A stretch of DNA of 64,000 nucleotides from Candidatus Obscuribacteraceae bacterium (lineage in GTDB: Bacteria; Cyanobacteriota; Vampirovibrionia; Obscuribacterales; Obscuribacteraceae): positions 787,435 to 851,434 of the forward strand of contig JBGAHS010000002.1 in assembly GCA_044226015.1 (NCBI GenBank). The letters are read 5' to 3'. The notes beneath the pieces are model-generated. The model was not told where the DNA came from. It was given only the letters and a program-made list of their open reading frames with translations, and searched no databases. This document shows positions 10,097 through 21,063 of the stretch, piece after piece. How positions within the stretch are numbered: position 1 is the first letter of the stretch; every line of letters starts with the position of its first letter. The position numbers and the translations under genes are program-made.

Positions 10097-10879
10097 CTAT
10101 TTTTTTGCAGAGTCTTCTTCTGAATATTTCTTCTTCAACTCAATTAAGCTCGGGTCGTCCGACTTTTTCTTTAACAACTCATCAATTTCGGCACTGGCCG
10201 CTGCTTTGTCATTTAGAGCAAGAATTTCTGCGTACACTTTTCCTGCCTCGATATTGTCGGGCTTGAGCTCAAGTGCGCGTTTCAATTCAGGAACCGCAGC
10301 ATCATCGTCGCCAGACTTGTGCAAAGCTTCTCCGAGAAACTGATGCGCCTGGTCGTCATCTGCATCTGTCTTTGTTATGTAGCGATATTCATCAATCGCG
10401 GTAGGCAGTTGCCCTCCAGCCAGACTCGCTTCTGCCAGAGCGCGATGTGCCGCCAATTCTTCAGGTCCTAAATCAACAGCCTTAGTAGCATTTGCTATAG
10501 CTTTGTCAAACTGCTTAAGATGCGTCTGGGCACGCGCCAGAGCGTAAAGTGCGATTTGGTTTTTGGGATCTTGCTGAAGCGCTTTTTCGAGAACCTCCGC
10601 GGCCTCTTGATGCTTGCCAAGCTCATTTAGCACAACACCGAGATTATTGAGAGCCGTAGAATTTTCCGGCTCCATTTTCAGCGCCAGTCGATATTCAGAG
10701 GCAGCACGCTCATACTCTTTAGACGCGAAATACTCGTTTCCGGAAATCAGACATTCTCGAGCAGTCCTGATATCACTGCAAGAGCTGAGAATCAGGACAA
10801 GGCAAATGCAAACAAGTGGCGTAGTAAGCCACAAGGCACCATTTGGATATTTGTCTGCTAATCGGAATGCAATCCGCAT
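10097..10879 (-). CDS. TPR-repeat (lipo)protein
   Basis: Hydrophobic N-terminus with LSSC lipobox-like motif; TPR motifs (ALNNLGVVL, AHQFLGEAL). Confidence 0.8.
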   Translation of the reverse strand: MRIAFRLADKYPNGALWLTTPLVCICLVLILSSCSDIRTARECLISGNEYFASKEYERAASEYRLALKMEPENSTALNNLGVVLNELGKHQEAAEVLEKALQQDPKNQIALYALARAQTHLKQFDKAIANATKAVDLGPEELAAHRALAEASLAGGQLPTAIDEYRYITKTDADDDQAHQFLGEALHKSGDDDAAVPELKRALELKPDNIEAGKVYAEILALNDKAAASAEIDELLKKKSDDPSLIELKKKYSEEDSAKK

Positions 10880-10918
10880 CAGGGAAATCCCCTTTAGAGC
10901 TAAGGCTCTGACCGCATT

Positions 10919-12736
10919 CTAACACGTGCCGGGAGCTGAGACCACTTCCTGTTTCCCAGAAGGCTTTGCGGGTTTGAACTCGACTTGCAGTTCCTTCAAT
11001 TGCTCTGGTGACGCCGCAGATGGTGCAGAAGTCATAAGACACGTTCCAGATTGCGTTTTCGGAAACGCGATAACGTCTCTTATTGATTTACAGCCCGCCA
11101 GAAGCATGACCAGACGGTCTAAACCTAATGCGAGCCCGCCATGCGGCGGTGCGCCAGATTCCAGAGCATCCAGGAGGAACCCAAACTTGTCTCTAGCCCC
11201 TTCTGCTGTCAATCCAATCACTTTGAAAGCTTTTTCCTGAACTTCTTTTGAGTGAATTCTTATCGAGCCACCACCAATTTCAACACCGTTATAAATGATG
11301 TCGTAGGCTCGGGCTTTGCATGCCAATGGGTCTGTCTCCAGAAGCTCGATGTGCTCAAGCTTTGGACTCGTAAACGGATGATTTACCGCAACAAGGCGAC
11401 CCTCAGTTTCATCGTATTCGAAAGCAGGGAAATCAGTAAGCCAGTGCAGCTTGTGCTGAGATTCATCAATCAGGTTGAGCTCTTCAGCAACCTTCAAACG
11501 CAAGCGCCCCAGGACGTTTGCAACATTCTTGGGCTTGTCGCCAACAATCAAGAGCATATCGCCATCGCTGGCTTCCGCCAGTTGTTTCATTGCGTTTAGC
11601 TCGTCAGCACTGAGGTCTTTATGAATTCCAGAACTTCTCAACTCAGGTCCGAGCGCCAACCAGGCCATTCCTTTGCCACCGCTAGACTTAACAAAAGCAG
11701 TCCAGAGGTCTATTTGCTTTCTAGAGATGCTTGTGGCACCACCCTTAATAGCAATGGACTTTACTTGTCCACCGGCTTCAACAGCCTGTTTAAAGAAATT
11801 GACTCCACAGGTCTTAGCCACAGTGCTGAGGTCATGAATCTCCATTTCGAAGCGCAAATCTGGTTTATCAGAGCCAAATCTAGCCATTGCATCATCGTAG
11901 GTCATGCGCATGAACGGTGGCTTTACCGCTATGTTGGCACATTTGAAAGCAGCTTCAATAATGCCTTCCGTGACATTCATAACATCTTCTTCGTCAGGAA
12001 AAGACAGCTCAAGGTCAACCTGAGTAAACTCTGGTTGCCTGTCAGCGCGGAGGTCTTCATCTCTAAAGCATCTGGCTATCTGGTAATAGCGATCAATACC
12101 ACTTATCATTAATGTTTGCTTGAAAAGCTGTGGTGACTGAGGTAGAGCGTACCAATCGCCTGGGTTCAATCTCGACGGAACGAGGAAATCACGAGCGCCT
12201 TCAGGCGTTGCTCTGGTCAGAATGGGCGTTTCCACTTCGATGAAGCCCTGCCCGTTCAAAAAATTCCTGATTGCAAAAGCAATGTCATGGCGCAAAACCA
12301 GGTTGTTATGCATCTCTGGGCGACGCAAATCAAGATAGCGATGCTTCAAGCGAAGAGACTCATCAACCTTGGCGCCTTCTCCCAGCTGAAATGGCAAGGG
12401 ACGAGCAGTGTTGAGAAGTTCCATTCTGTCAGGATAAATCTCCAGCATTCCCGTAGCATTTTCGTTTTTTTCACTGCCAGTCGGGCGTTTACCAACCTTG
12501 CCAGAAATGATAATTACATACTCAGAGCGAAGCGTAGAAAACTTTTCGTGAACTTCTTTATTCTTGTTTGGGTCTGATACGAGCTGCACTTTGCCGCTTG
12601 GGTCTCTCAGTTCGATGAAGACTAAACCACCAAGATCTCGCCTCACATCAACCCATCCAGCCAGACAGACTTCCTTGTCTACGTCCGAGAGAGTCAACTT
12701 TCCTGCGTAGTGAGTGCGTTTCAATTTGTTGCCCAC
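10919..12736 (-). CDS. aspS: Aspartyl-tRNA synthetase
   Basis: [69 protein letters not shown]. Confidence 0.98.
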   Translation of the reverse strand: MGNKLKRTHYAGKLTLSDVDKEVCLAGWVDVRRDLGGLVFIELRDPSGKVQLVSDPNKNKEVHEKFSTLRSEYVIIISGKVGKRPTGSEKNENATGMLEIYPDRMELLNTARPLPFQLGEGAKVDESLRLKHRYLDLRRPEMHNNLVLRHDIAFAIRNFLNGQGFIEVETPILTRATPEGARDFLVPSRLNPGDWYALPQSPQLFKQTLMISGIDRYYQIARCFRDEDLRADRQPEFTQVDLELSFPDEEDVMNVTEGIIEAAFKCANIAVKPPFMRMTYDDAMARFGSDKPDLRFEMEIHDLSTVAKTCGVNFFKQAVEAGGQVKSIAIKGGATSISRKQIDLWTAFVKSSGGKGMAWLALGPELRSSGIHKDLSADELNAMKQLAEASDGDMLLIVGDKPKNVANVLGRLRLKVAEELNLIDESQHKLHWLTDFPAFEYDETEGRLVAVNHPFTSPKLEHIELLETDPLACKARAYDIIYNGVEIGGGSIRIHSKEVQEKAFKVIGLTAEGARDKFGFLLDALESGAPPHGGLALGLDRLVMLLAGCKSIRDVIAFPKTQSGTCLMTSAPSAASPEQLKELQVEFKPAKPSGKQEVVSAPGTC

Positions 12737-13009
12737 GGCTAACTCCTGATCAAAATTTCTGCCAGAGCCCTGAATTACTTGGACCCATGGTCTTTCGTTG
12801 CGAATTCAATATTGTAGCCTTGCGCAAGTGCAATTTCCAAGCCAATCGAACATGTAAGATTAATTCAGCTTGCCCCCAGACTTTTTTTTCCTGCAATACT
12901 AATGATGCGCCACTATCTTGGGAATAAGCGTTGTAAACTGGTAGTCAATGAGTCTTAATCATTAGTGCTATCTATTTACTAAGTACAAAAAAATAAACGG
13001 ACGTTTAGC

Positions 13010-13636
13010 ATGCCAACAAATGGTTTACCTCCCGAGTTCATACCAGCCTGCCAAATGGTTGGCGGGTTCTTGTTGTTTCTCCTGGGGGTCTCATACGGGT
13101 ATAAGTTCTTTCAAGCATCCATCATGGGCAAAATGACCTACTGGGCAGGTCTTGAGACATTTGGTTTCTGGTTTATTCCAGTAACATTGTTGGTCACACC
13201 CCTGTTGGTGCATACACCACCAAAAGACAAAAACCTTATCAGAACTAAAACAGCCGGCTGGATACATCTAATTTGGGGTCCAGTGTTCTTCCTGCTGAGC
13301 CTGATGATGATGGTTGCCGGAGCTGATTTTATGAAGCTTCCAGGAACCAAAGTCATGAACTTTGTCCTGACCGCTGGGCAACCAGGAGTTCCACAGGCGA
13401 TTGTTTATCAGCCACCTTTTACATACAAGTTTCCGCTTTTGAAAAAAGCCAGACGCAAGCTGTTCAGACTCCTGACAACAGAAATCGCAGTCGACAAGAA
13501 GAAGGTTCTCAACCAATTCGAGAAAGAAGGTCGAGATGTCAAAGGATACAAGCGAGAAACAGAGGAAGAAGAAGAAGCCAGAGAGGAAGAAGAAGAAAGA
13601 CTTCAGGCACAACAACAAGCACAGCAAGCACACTGA
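13010..13636 (+). CDS. Hypothetical membrane protein with acidic tail
   Basis: Three hydrophobic segments and an E/Q-rich C-terminus; followed by a hairpin. Confidence 0.7.
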   Translation: MPTNGLPPEFIPACQMVGGFLLFLLGVSYGYKFFQASIMGKMTYWAGLETFGFWFIPVTLLVTPLLVHTPPKDKNLIRTKTAGWIHLIWGPVFFLLSLMMMVAGADFMKLPGTKVMNFVLTAGQPGVPQAIVYQPPFTYKFPLLKKARRKLFRLLTTEIAVDKKKVLNQFEKEGRDVKGYKRETEEEEEAREEEEERLQAQQQAQQAH

Positions 13637-13659
13637 GTTTGTTTGATTTGAGAATTACA

Positions 13660-13690
13660 AAGGGGTAGCGTAGACAGTACGCTACCCCTT
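13660..13690 (+). terminator. Intrinsic terminator-like hairpin
   Basis: AAGGGGTAGCGTA-gacag-TACGCTACCCCTT, a perfect 13-bp stem. Confidence 0.75.
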
Positions 13691-13933
13691 CTATTTGAAT
13701 GCCATTGCTCGATTCAGCGAAAACAGCAGCAGATCAAGCAGAAGCTCAGTCGACGACCATTTTCCTCAGGTATTCATGAACTATAAGCATGAAGAATGCT
13801 TGAAGATTGTTTCAAGCCATTAAGCGCATAGACAAAAGCTAGCAAAAGATCTTTGGCATTTAACCCCTTCTATGAGATGATAGCCTATCCACAGAGATTA
13901 CTTTACTGATTGTGACCCGAGGAGGGGATAGAC

Positions 13934-14107
13934 TTGTCCGAGGTTAGAGTAGCGGAAGGCGAAAGCATCGAAGCGGCATTGAAGCGTTTCAAAAAGAAGA
14001 TACAGAAAGCAGGAATACTTTCTGAAATCAAGAGACGTGAGCGCTATGAAAAGCCCAGCGTAAAGCGTAAACGCAAAGCTGAAGCAGCACGCAAGAGAAG
14101 ATCCTAG
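13934..14107 (+). CDS. rpsU: 30S ribosomal protein S21
   Basis: Not in the track (57 aa). TTG start after [64 protein letters not shown]. Confidence 0.97.
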   Translation: MSEVRVAEGESIEAALKRFKKKIQKAGILSEIKRRERYEKPSVKRKRKAEAARKRRS

Positions 14108-14255
14108 TCCTCAAAATTGGTCTTCAAAATCAGTCAGGCGCCTGGAGTACAAGTACCCAGGTGCTTTATTGTGTTTTCAGGCTTTTATGCCGCAAAATCT
14201 ATAGGTACTTTAATCGAATTGCTTCGTCCGATAAGCTCAGCGAAGACAAGCATTG

Positions 14256-14834
14256 TCAGCGGCTTCCGATTTCTCTCCACGCCAACATGTATTTGCCATT
14301 TTTCGAGTCAAATATCGGCAAGTGATCTGCGCCCGCCCCCCAAATCATGATGGCGTCTAAATGATCATAATAAACTGTTATTGAGCCAGGTTCTGCGCGC
14401 CAATCTGCTGGCGGAGTCTTCACACACTCATTGTATTTTTGAGCATTCAATCCTGCATAGCTTACAAAGTGTAGCTGGCATGGTGTTTTCTTTTCGTCTT
14501 CGGAAGCCACTCCAGTCGCAGTATACGGATTAGGCAATAAAATTCTCTTGCGCAAAGTTTCAAGAGCAGCATCCTGGTCTACTCCAGGTTCAGGAAAGCT
14601 GCCATTGCGAAAACGAAAGTCGGTGAGCCAATCCGCAACGTTTTCCATGATATCGAGCAACTTTTTGTCAGCTTTGAGTCGCTTTTCCTGCGCCTGATTG
14701 AATGCAGAAACAAAATGAAGCGGAATTTGCTGAGCCTTTGCTGGGGGAAGAGATACAAGCAGCAGCAATGAAACTGCAAACAAAGTTGGCGCCTTTTTCA
14801 CAGAAGAACTCCTCAAAAGTTTCAAAAAAAACAC
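14256..14834 (-). CDS. Exported hypothetical protein
   Basis: Signal-peptide-like N-terminus ending AKA; no recognised motif. Confidence 0.65.
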   Translation of the reverse strand: MFFLKLLRSSSVKKAPTLFAVSLLLLVSLPPAKAQQIPLHFVSAFNQAQEKRLKADKKLLDIMENVADWLTDFRFRNGSFPEPGVDQDAALETLRKRILLPNPYTATGVASEDEKKTPCQLHFVSYAGLNAQKYNECVKTPPADWRAEPGSITVYYDHLDAIMIWGAGADHLPIFDSKNGKYMLAWREIGSR

Positions 14835-14968
14835 TGCACTTCCCTTGCTGCGAACAAGCCCATTTTATCAATTCTCGATAAACGAAGAAATGGTTCTCAT
14901 GCAAATAATGGAAAATTCCACCTTCACCCCAAAGCAGGCTGGAAACCTGCACTCACAGGCTTCGGCAT

Positions 14969-17551
14969 TTAGCGCAATAATTGAGCGGCGTGAGCATTGT
15001 CCTCTTGCGCGCGACGCTCGTCCTTCATGTCTAAAAACAGCTTCGCTCTTTGTTGAAAAACGAAAGCGTCTGTAGAGTCATATTTAATGGCGTTACTAAA
15101 ATCTTCCATGGCTTCTTGGAACGTGCCTGAATCTCGATGAAGCATTCCCTGCAAGCAGTAGAACTCACCCCTGGCAATGACTCTGTATGGTTCTGCTGGA
15201 ATCATCTTTTTTGCTTTATCTAAAAAGCTTGCAGCAGACTTTAGATCTTTTTGCTGCAATGCAGCAAGAGCTTTAGCGTAACAATATTCAAACTCCTCCG
15301 CACCATGCGCGTATTTCCGCGCTCTTTCGGCCAGTTCATTTGCTTGAGTAAAATCACTAGTCATTGCGCAAACGCAGGAAAGATTGAAAAGCGCCGTTCG
15401 GTAATCAGGAAAGATTGACACTGTTTTTTCAAACGCTTTCTTCGCCTCGGCATAACGTTGCAACTTGAATAAACCATGCCCCAAGTAATTCAAAGCTTGA
15501 GTTGAGTCAGGACGAGTCTTAAGCTCTTGCTCAGTGTCGAACACTTCATTTTTCCAATCTCCCTTACAGCCATATAGAAACCCGCGCTGCTCATGGGCAA
15601 ACAAGAGTCCTTTGCAAAGGGACAGAGCCTGTGTTTCCAATTTTATGCCATCTTCAATACGACCCAGCCTTCCAAAAGCGAGCCCCTTGAAGTTGTATGC
15701 CAATGGATTTCTTGGATTTAGCGCGATTGCTTTCTCGCAATCGGAAAGACACTTCTTATAATCCTCCTTGCTGAAGTAAAACCAAGCACGTCCGCTATAA
15801 ACAGATGATTTATCCGCAACAACGTCCAGGGCTTTCTTGTATACAAGCAAACTCTCATTGCTTGCGCCCATCGCTTCATAAGCTCGCGCCATTATCACGT
15901 ATGCATCTGAATTTTTCGGAGCAAAAGTAAGTGCTTTCCTTGCACTTTCTATTCCAGATTTGTAGTCCCTGGCATTGATATAGTCATCCGCAATACCCAA
16001 ATAAACTGTAGCAATTCGATCTGAAGTACGCCCCTCAGACGCCTCCAACTCTGTACTGGAATCCATCCACAAATCAATTGTCTTCTCGCGATGCCTGATA
16101 GCAGTTTGCCAGTCTTTTCTCGATTCGCAAATCGCCGCCTTCATCAGAGTTGCAGAAGGCCAGGTATCTAGTATTTTCTTAGACTCAAGAAAATGCATAG
16201 CGAGATCATAGTTACGCTGGTCGTATGCAACCATTGCTTTTAAATACCAGATTTCATCCGACGCTGGCGGATGAACAAAAATTCTCTCTGCAGTTTTCAG
16301 AATTTCGCTCGCCTCTTCATAGCGTTCAGCTTCAACCAAACACACAACTTGAATTCTGAAAGCCTCGTAATAGTCAGCAGCATTTATTTGCGGGGTGTTC
16401 AGGACCGTGTCGGTGACCTTTGAAGCTTCAGCTAAAGCTTCGGAGTATTGATGACTAGCCAAATTCTTGACCGCATGATTCATCAAAATCTTCAGATTGC
16501 TTCTGGACAAGTAGGCATTGTCTTCACGCTGAGTTTCAGCATCCGTTTTTCCCTTGTAGCACAAGTAGTCGACAGCCTTAATAGACAGCGCAAATAGTGC
16601 CCATCCTCCAAATGGAAGACCTATGCAAAATAGCAGTGCGACAGCCATCTGAGAACCAAACTTGCGTGCAAGCCTGGTCCCCTTTGAGTTCTGAACGGTC
16701 TTACCTTCCGCAGCCAATTCGAGAGCTGCAATGAGTTCCGGCATGTTTTGAAAACGATCTTCCGGTTTCTTCGCAAGTGCTTTTCTCAACACATCAATGA
16801 TGCCGTTTGGAACCGCTGAAGGAAGCTTAGCAAGACGTTGCTCTGGAGATTCATTACTGTGTTTGTAAATCAACCCAATAGAATTGTCCGCATCGAACAG
16901 CTTCGCACCCATCAGCATTTCAAAAATGATGCAACCCAATGCATAAATGTCGCATCGATAGTCAACCGGCTTACCTGCAATAAGCTCGGGAGACATGTAG
17001 CCAGCCGTTCCCAAAAGTAAACCGGTTTTGGTAAGCTTCTGCGATTGCTTCAGGTCGATAAACATTTTCGACAAACCGAAGTCGATGACCTTAACGTAAT
17101 CTGGTTCAGGCTTGTCTAACAGAAATACATTTTCCGGTTTCAAATCGCGATGCACAACACCCTGCGCATGGGCATCTTTCAAACCAATACTAACCTGCAA
17201 GGTGATTTTCACAACCTTTTGCCAGTCCATAGGACCGTCACACATTACACTGCGAAGAGTCTTTCCTTCCATGTACTCGCAAACAGCATACGGAACATCA
17301 TCTACGGTTTTGCCAATGCTATAAATGGTCATGATATGCGGACTGCTTAGTTTTGCCAGTATCTTTGATTCACGAAAAAACCGTTCAAGATCATCAGCAT
17401 TTTCTTGAGCATCAAGATGTGGAATCTTGATTGCCACAGACCTTGAAGCATCCAGCTGGCGAGCATGAAATACCGAAGCCATTCCACCCATTCCGAGAAG
17501 AGAGATGATCTCGAAGCGCTCTTCAAAAATATCGCCAGGATTCAATTTCAT
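14969..17551 (-). CDS. Membrane Ser/Thr protein kinase with TPR sensor region
   Basis: GMGGMA, VAIK, HRDLKPEN, DFG, YMSPE; transmembrane segment; TPRs. ATG at 17551 chosen by alignment with the paralog. Confidence 0.92.
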   Translation of the reverse strand: MKLNPGDIFEERFEIISLLGMGGMASVFHARQLDASRSVAIKIPHLDAQENADDLERFFRESKILAKLSSPHIMTIYSIGKTVDDVPYAVCEYMEGKTLRSVMCDGPMDWQKVVKITLQVSIGLKDAHAQGVVHRDLKPENVFLLDKPEPDYVKVIDFGLSKMFIDLKQSQKLTKTGLLLGTAGYMSPELIAGKPVDYRCDIYALGCIIFEMLMGAKLFDADNSIGLIYKHSNESPEQRLAKLPSAVPNGIIDVLRKALAKKPEDRFQNMPELIAALELAAEGKTVQNSKGTRLARKFGSQMAVALLFCIGLPFGGWALFALSIKAVDYLCYKGKTDAETQREDNAYLSRSNLKILMNHAVKNLASHQYSEALAEASKVTDTVLNTPQINAADYYEAFRIQVVCLVEAERYEEASEILKTAERIFVHPPASDEIWYLKAMVAYDQRNYDLAMHFLESKKILDTWPSATLMKAAICESRKDWQTAIRHREKTIDLWMDSSTELEASEGRTSDRIATVYLGIADDYINARDYKSGIESARKALTFAPKNSDAYVIMARAYEAMGASNESLLVYKKALDVVADKSSVYSGRAWFYFSKEDYKKCLSDCEKAIALNPRNPLAYNFKGLAFGRLGRIEDGIKLETQALSLCKGLLFAHEQRGFLYGCKGDWKNEVFDTEQELKTRPDSTQALNYLGHGLFKLQRYAEAKKAFEKTVSIFPDYRTALFNLSCVCAMTSDFTQANELAERARKYAHGAEEFEYCYAKALAALQQKDLKSAASFLDKAKKMIPAEPYRVIARGEFYCLQGMLHRDSGTFQEAMEDFSNAIKYDSTDAFVFQQRAKLFLDMKDERRAQEDNAHAAQLLR

Positions 17552-17686
17552 TTTGATACTTTGCAGAGAGGGAAGAAGAAAGACCAATGGTGCTGAAAGT
17601 GCGGTGCAAATTGACCATGAAGGATGTGGTCAATTTATGAACCTACCTCTCATATACCGCGCATTAGGGAATAAACTACTACCAAA

Positions 17687-20236
17687 CTAACGCAACAATT
17701 GTGAAGCACGTTCATCGTCTTCTCGCGCACGCGCTTCGTCCTTCATTTGAAGAAACAACTTTGCTCTCTGCTGATAAATGAACGCATCATTGGGCGAGAT
17801 TTCGATTGCCTTACTGAAATCATCCAGTGCTTCAGCAAATTTCCCAGAATCACGATGCAACATTCCTTGCAGGTAATAAAAATCAGCCTTCGTAATGCTG
17901 AGGTATGACTCAATGGGAATTTTCTCTTTTGCCTTAGCAAGGAACGAAGCAGCAGATTTAAGATCCTTTCGCTGTAAACTAGCAAGAGCCTTTGCGCAAA
18001 AATATGGGTACCCCTTATCCTTTGCTGGCACACGCTCAGCAAAGCGATCAGCTTGATCAGGATCATTGGTAAGACTGCAAAGCCAAGACATATTCAGGAG
18101 TGCTGTCCCATACTCAGGAGAGCGAGAAACACACTCCTCCAGAGCCTTTCTAGCCTCTGCGTAGCGCTGCAATTTGTACAAGGAAAATCCCTTATTGTTC
18201 AATGAGATTATTTCACCTGGTCGCAGCTTAAGTTCTGCTTCGCTGTCCTCAAGCTCTTTCCGCCACTCACCCAGACAACCGTACAAATAACCACGGTCCT
18301 CATGAAAGAACCAGGACCTTGGTCCAACAGAGACCGCTTTCTCGTAAAGCTGGATTGCTTCGTTTATGTGACCTTTACGGCTGACTCCAAGCGCCCTCTG
18401 TCCATATCCATAGCTATTCTTAGGGTCTAGCTCGATAGCGCGATCAGCATCTGAGATACACTTCTCATAATCACGCTTAACAAAATGGTACCAGGCACGG
18501 TTACTATAGGCTGATGATACTTCGGGATTTGCTTTAACAGCATCGTCTGAAACCTGCAATGCTTTATCAATGTTTCCCTGGGCCTCGTATACCCGACCCA
18601 GTTGTTGAGACACGAACAGAGAGCTCGGTGAAAGCTCAAGAGCTTTGAGGCAATTTCTTTCGGCTGACTTGTAGTCTTTGGCTTTGCAATAGGCGGCTCC
18701 GATACGCGCATAAAGCGAGGCAATAGAATCAGGGAGAGAATCGTTAACATTGGTAGCCCTGGGCACCCCCGACAAATAACCAATGCTGTTCTGGTATTGG
18801 CAAATCGCTTTAGCCCAGTCTTCGCGGCTCTCATAGACCGATGCTTTAAACCCATAGACTAAGGTTGGTCTCAAAGTTTTGCACTGACCAATGGTCTGCA
18901 AGGCAAAATCATATTTACACTCACGCTGCGCAATTTGGGCCTTGAAATACAAAAGCTCTTCAGACTCTGGTGGCGAAGGAAAATTAGCTTCACTGACTTT
19001 CAAAAAACGCTTCGCCTCTTCCAATCGATCAAGAATAATCAAGCAATCTAGGCGCATGCTAAATGCAGAAAAATACTCACTCTTTTTCAACCGATTTGAT
19101 TTCAGCACTGCGTCTGTAACAGTGCTTACTGCCTTCAGCGCATCCACTAATCTTCCGTTGGTGAAATCACTCTCGGCTCGATTTAGAAGAAGTTTCGCCT
19201 GGCTTCTCGACAAACTGCGGACATCCATCAATTGCCCCTGAGCTTTCTCAATTCCGGCAGGATTCTTGCGCGCTGAACGCTCAGCAGACGTGGACATCCA
19301 GTACAGAATAGGAATTAGAGCAATAACCAGAGCAGCCAGACATATTTGCAAAGAAAGCCCTGTTTTTTGTGATTTCGTAGATTTCTTGTTTTCTGCTGCC
19401 GCTTCAATTGCAACAATAAACTCAGACATGTTTTGAAATCGGTCTTCAGGTTTTTTAGCAAGGGATTTGCGCAAGACTTCTATAAAACCAGCTGGCACTT
19501 TCGAAGAAAGTTTAGCAAGCTGCGGCTCTGGAGATTCATTAGTATGTTTGTAAATCAAACCTATGGAATTATCAGCATCGAATAGTTTTTCACCCATCAG
19601 CATCTCAAAAATGATGCATCCCAGTGCGTAGATATCGCAACGATGATCTACTGGCTTGCCAGCAATGAGCTCAGGAGAAATGTATCCAGCCGTTCCCAGA
19701 AGAAAACCAGTCTTTGTAAGTTTCTGCGACTGCGTGAGGTCGATAAACATCTTCGACAAACCGAAGTCAATGACCTTAACGAAGTCTGGCTCCGGTTTCT
19801 CTAACAAAAAAATATTTTCGGGTTTCAAATCGCGATGCACAATTCCCTGAGAATGCGCATCTTTCAAACCGATACAAATCTGCAAAACAATTCTTGAAAC
19901 ACGTTGCCATGGCATTGGTCCATCATTGATGAGTTTGCGAAGAGTCTGTCCTTCCATGTATTCACAAACAGCGTAAGGAACATCAGCAGCGGTTCTACCA
20001 ATGCTATAGATGGTCATAACGTGGGGACTGTTTAATTTTGCCAGAATTTTTGATTCACGAAAAAATCGCTCCATGTCTTCAGCATTACTCTGTGCATCGA
20101 TGTGTGGGATCTTTATCGCAACATCCCTTGACGCATCTAACTGGCGAGCACGGAAGACTGAACCCATGCCACCAACTCCAAGTAGAGAGATGATCTCAAA
20201 GCGCTCTTCAAAATTATCGCCAGGATTCAGATTCAT
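17687..20236 (-). CDS. Membrane Ser/Thr protein kinase with TPR region (tandem paralog)
   Basis: GVGGMG, HRDLKPEN, DFG; kinase domain and C-terminus closely resemble 14969..17551. Confidence 0.92.
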   Translation of the reverse strand: MNLNPGDNFEERFEIISLLGVGGMGSVFRARQLDASRDVAIKIPHIDAQSNAEDMERFFRESKILAKLNSPHVMTIYSIGRTAADVPYAVCEYMEGQTLRKLINDGPMPWQRVSRIVLQICIGLKDAHSQGIVHRDLKPENIFLLEKPEPDFVKVIDFGLSKMFIDLTQSQKLTKTGFLLGTAGYISPELIAGKPVDHRCDIYALGCIIFEMLMGEKLFDADNSIGLIYKHTNESPEPQLAKLSSKVPAGFIEVLRKSLAKKPEDRFQNMSEFIVAIEAAAENKKSTKSQKTGLSLQICLAALVIALIPILYWMSTSAERSARKNPAGIEKAQGQLMDVRSLSRSQAKLLLNRAESDFTNGRLVDALKAVSTVTDAVLKSNRLKKSEYFSAFSMRLDCLIILDRLEEAKRFLKVSEANFPSPPESEELLYFKAQIAQRECKYDFALQTIGQCKTLRPTLVYGFKASVYESREDWAKAICQYQNSIGYLSGVPRATNVNDSLPDSIASLYARIGAAYCKAKDYKSAERNCLKALELSPSSLFVSQQLGRVYEAQGNIDKALQVSDDAVKANPEVSSAYSNRAWYHFVKRDYEKCISDADRAIELDPKNSYGYGQRALGVSRKGHINEAIQLYEKAVSVGPRSWFFHEDRGYLYGCLGEWRKELEDSEAELKLRPGEIISLNNKGFSLYKLQRYAEARKALEECVSRSPEYGTALLNMSWLCSLTNDPDQADRFAERVPAKDKGYPYFCAKALASLQRKDLKSAASFLAKAKEKIPIESYLSITKADFYYLQGMLHRDSGKFAEALDDFSKAIEISPNDAFIYQQRAKLFLQMKDEARAREDDERASQLLR

Positions 20237-20637
20237 TTGGCTACATCGCGAAATTGAATAACAGCATGGCATTTTTCAGCAGTTCGAAATAGAGGTTTCC
20301 CTCAGACTCTTTTTCAAGCTGAAAACTATCATTGATCATATACCGCGCTTGAAGAAGAAATAAATTGAGAGTTGTGCACAGCAAGCGAGATAAACGGTAA
20401 GTCTTGGGTTGGATACTACCCAGAGAAAGATTCCAAACTCTAGCGCGTTAACAGAAAGAATCGCAGTTCTGAATGTTAGTGCAAGCGCGCAATACAATCA
20501 GCGAAGAACCCTGATGCTGAATTGTGCATTCTTGCAATGCCAGTGCCCGCACACTTTTGCAATGCCAGTCAAATAAAGCAAGCTCAACAGCAACCTCGCG
20601 CATTCAGACCAGGAAACTTAAAAACATAAATTCAAAA

Positions 20638-20708
20638 AGCGACCAGTGGGAATCGAACCCATATCTTCGTCCTGGCAAGGCGGAGTTTTACCATTAAACT
20701 ATGGCCGC
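20638..20708 (-). tRNA. tRNA-Gly(GCC), atypical with three C-A mismatches
   Basis: GCGGCCA TA GTTT AATGGTA AAAC T CCGCC TTGCCAG GACGA AGAT ATGGG TTCGATT CCCAC TGGTCGC T; no encoded CCA. Confidence 0.8.
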
Positions 20709-20713
20709 GTAAA

Positions 20714-20785
20714 AGCCGACAAGAGGATTTGAACCTCCAACAAACTGCTTACGAAGCAGCTGCTCTACCGTTGAGCTATGTCGGC
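20714..20785 (-). tRNA. tRNA-Thr(CGT)
   Basis: GCCGACA TA GCTC AACGGTA GAGC A GCTGC TTCGTAA GCAGT TTGTT GGAGG TTCAAAT CCTCT TGTCGGC T; full cloverleaf. Confidence 0.93.
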
Positions 20786-20787
20786 AA

Positions 20788-20858
20788 AGCCCACAATCAG
20801 AATCGAACTGATGTTTCTTCCTTACCATGGAAGTGTTCTACCATTGAACTATGCGGGC
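20788..20858 (-). tRNA. tRNA-Thr(GGT)
   Basis: GCCCGCA TA GTTC AATGGTA GAAC A CTTCC ATGGTAA GGAAG AAAC ATCAG TTCGATT CTGAT TGTGGGC T; full cloverleaf. Confidence 0.93.
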
Positions 20859-20907
20859 GCAGAACCGCATGACACCATATGCGATGCCATTGCAGGTATA
20901 AAACGAG

Positions 20908-20940
20908 AAATAAAAAAGCCTTCCAGATTACAGGAAGGCT
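20908..20940 (-). terminator. Attenuator terminator upstream of the tRNA cluster
   Basis: Minus strand reads AGCCTTCC-tgtaatct-GGAAGGCT-TTTTTATTT, located between the leader ORF and the tRNAs. Confidence 0.85.
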
Positions 20941-20972
20941 ATCTCAACGAATGCTGATAAACTTCCCCGAAC

Positions 20973-21038
20973 TCAATCAAAGCCTGTACCGGTACCGGTC
21001 GGCGTGAATGTGCTCAAGGTTGTGAAAACAAATTGCAT
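20973..21038 (-). CDS. Putative Thr/Gly-rich leader peptide MQFVFTTLSTFTPTGTGTGFD
   Basis: 21 codons with 7 Thr and 3 Gly; sits between a promoter and an antiterminator/terminator pair. Confidence 0.75.
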   Translation of the reverse strand: MQFVFTTLSTFTPTGTGTGFD

Positions 21039-21063
21039 CGTTGCACCATTTCTAAGTAAAACC

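Noticed and set aside
20532..20569. 13-nt direct repeat TTGCAATGCCAGT, two copies
   Set aside because: Only two copies and no associated feature.
20860..21060. T-box riboswitch upstream of the tRNAs
   Set aside because: No GGTGGNACCGCG T-box bulge or stem I is visible; the leader-peptide model fits better.
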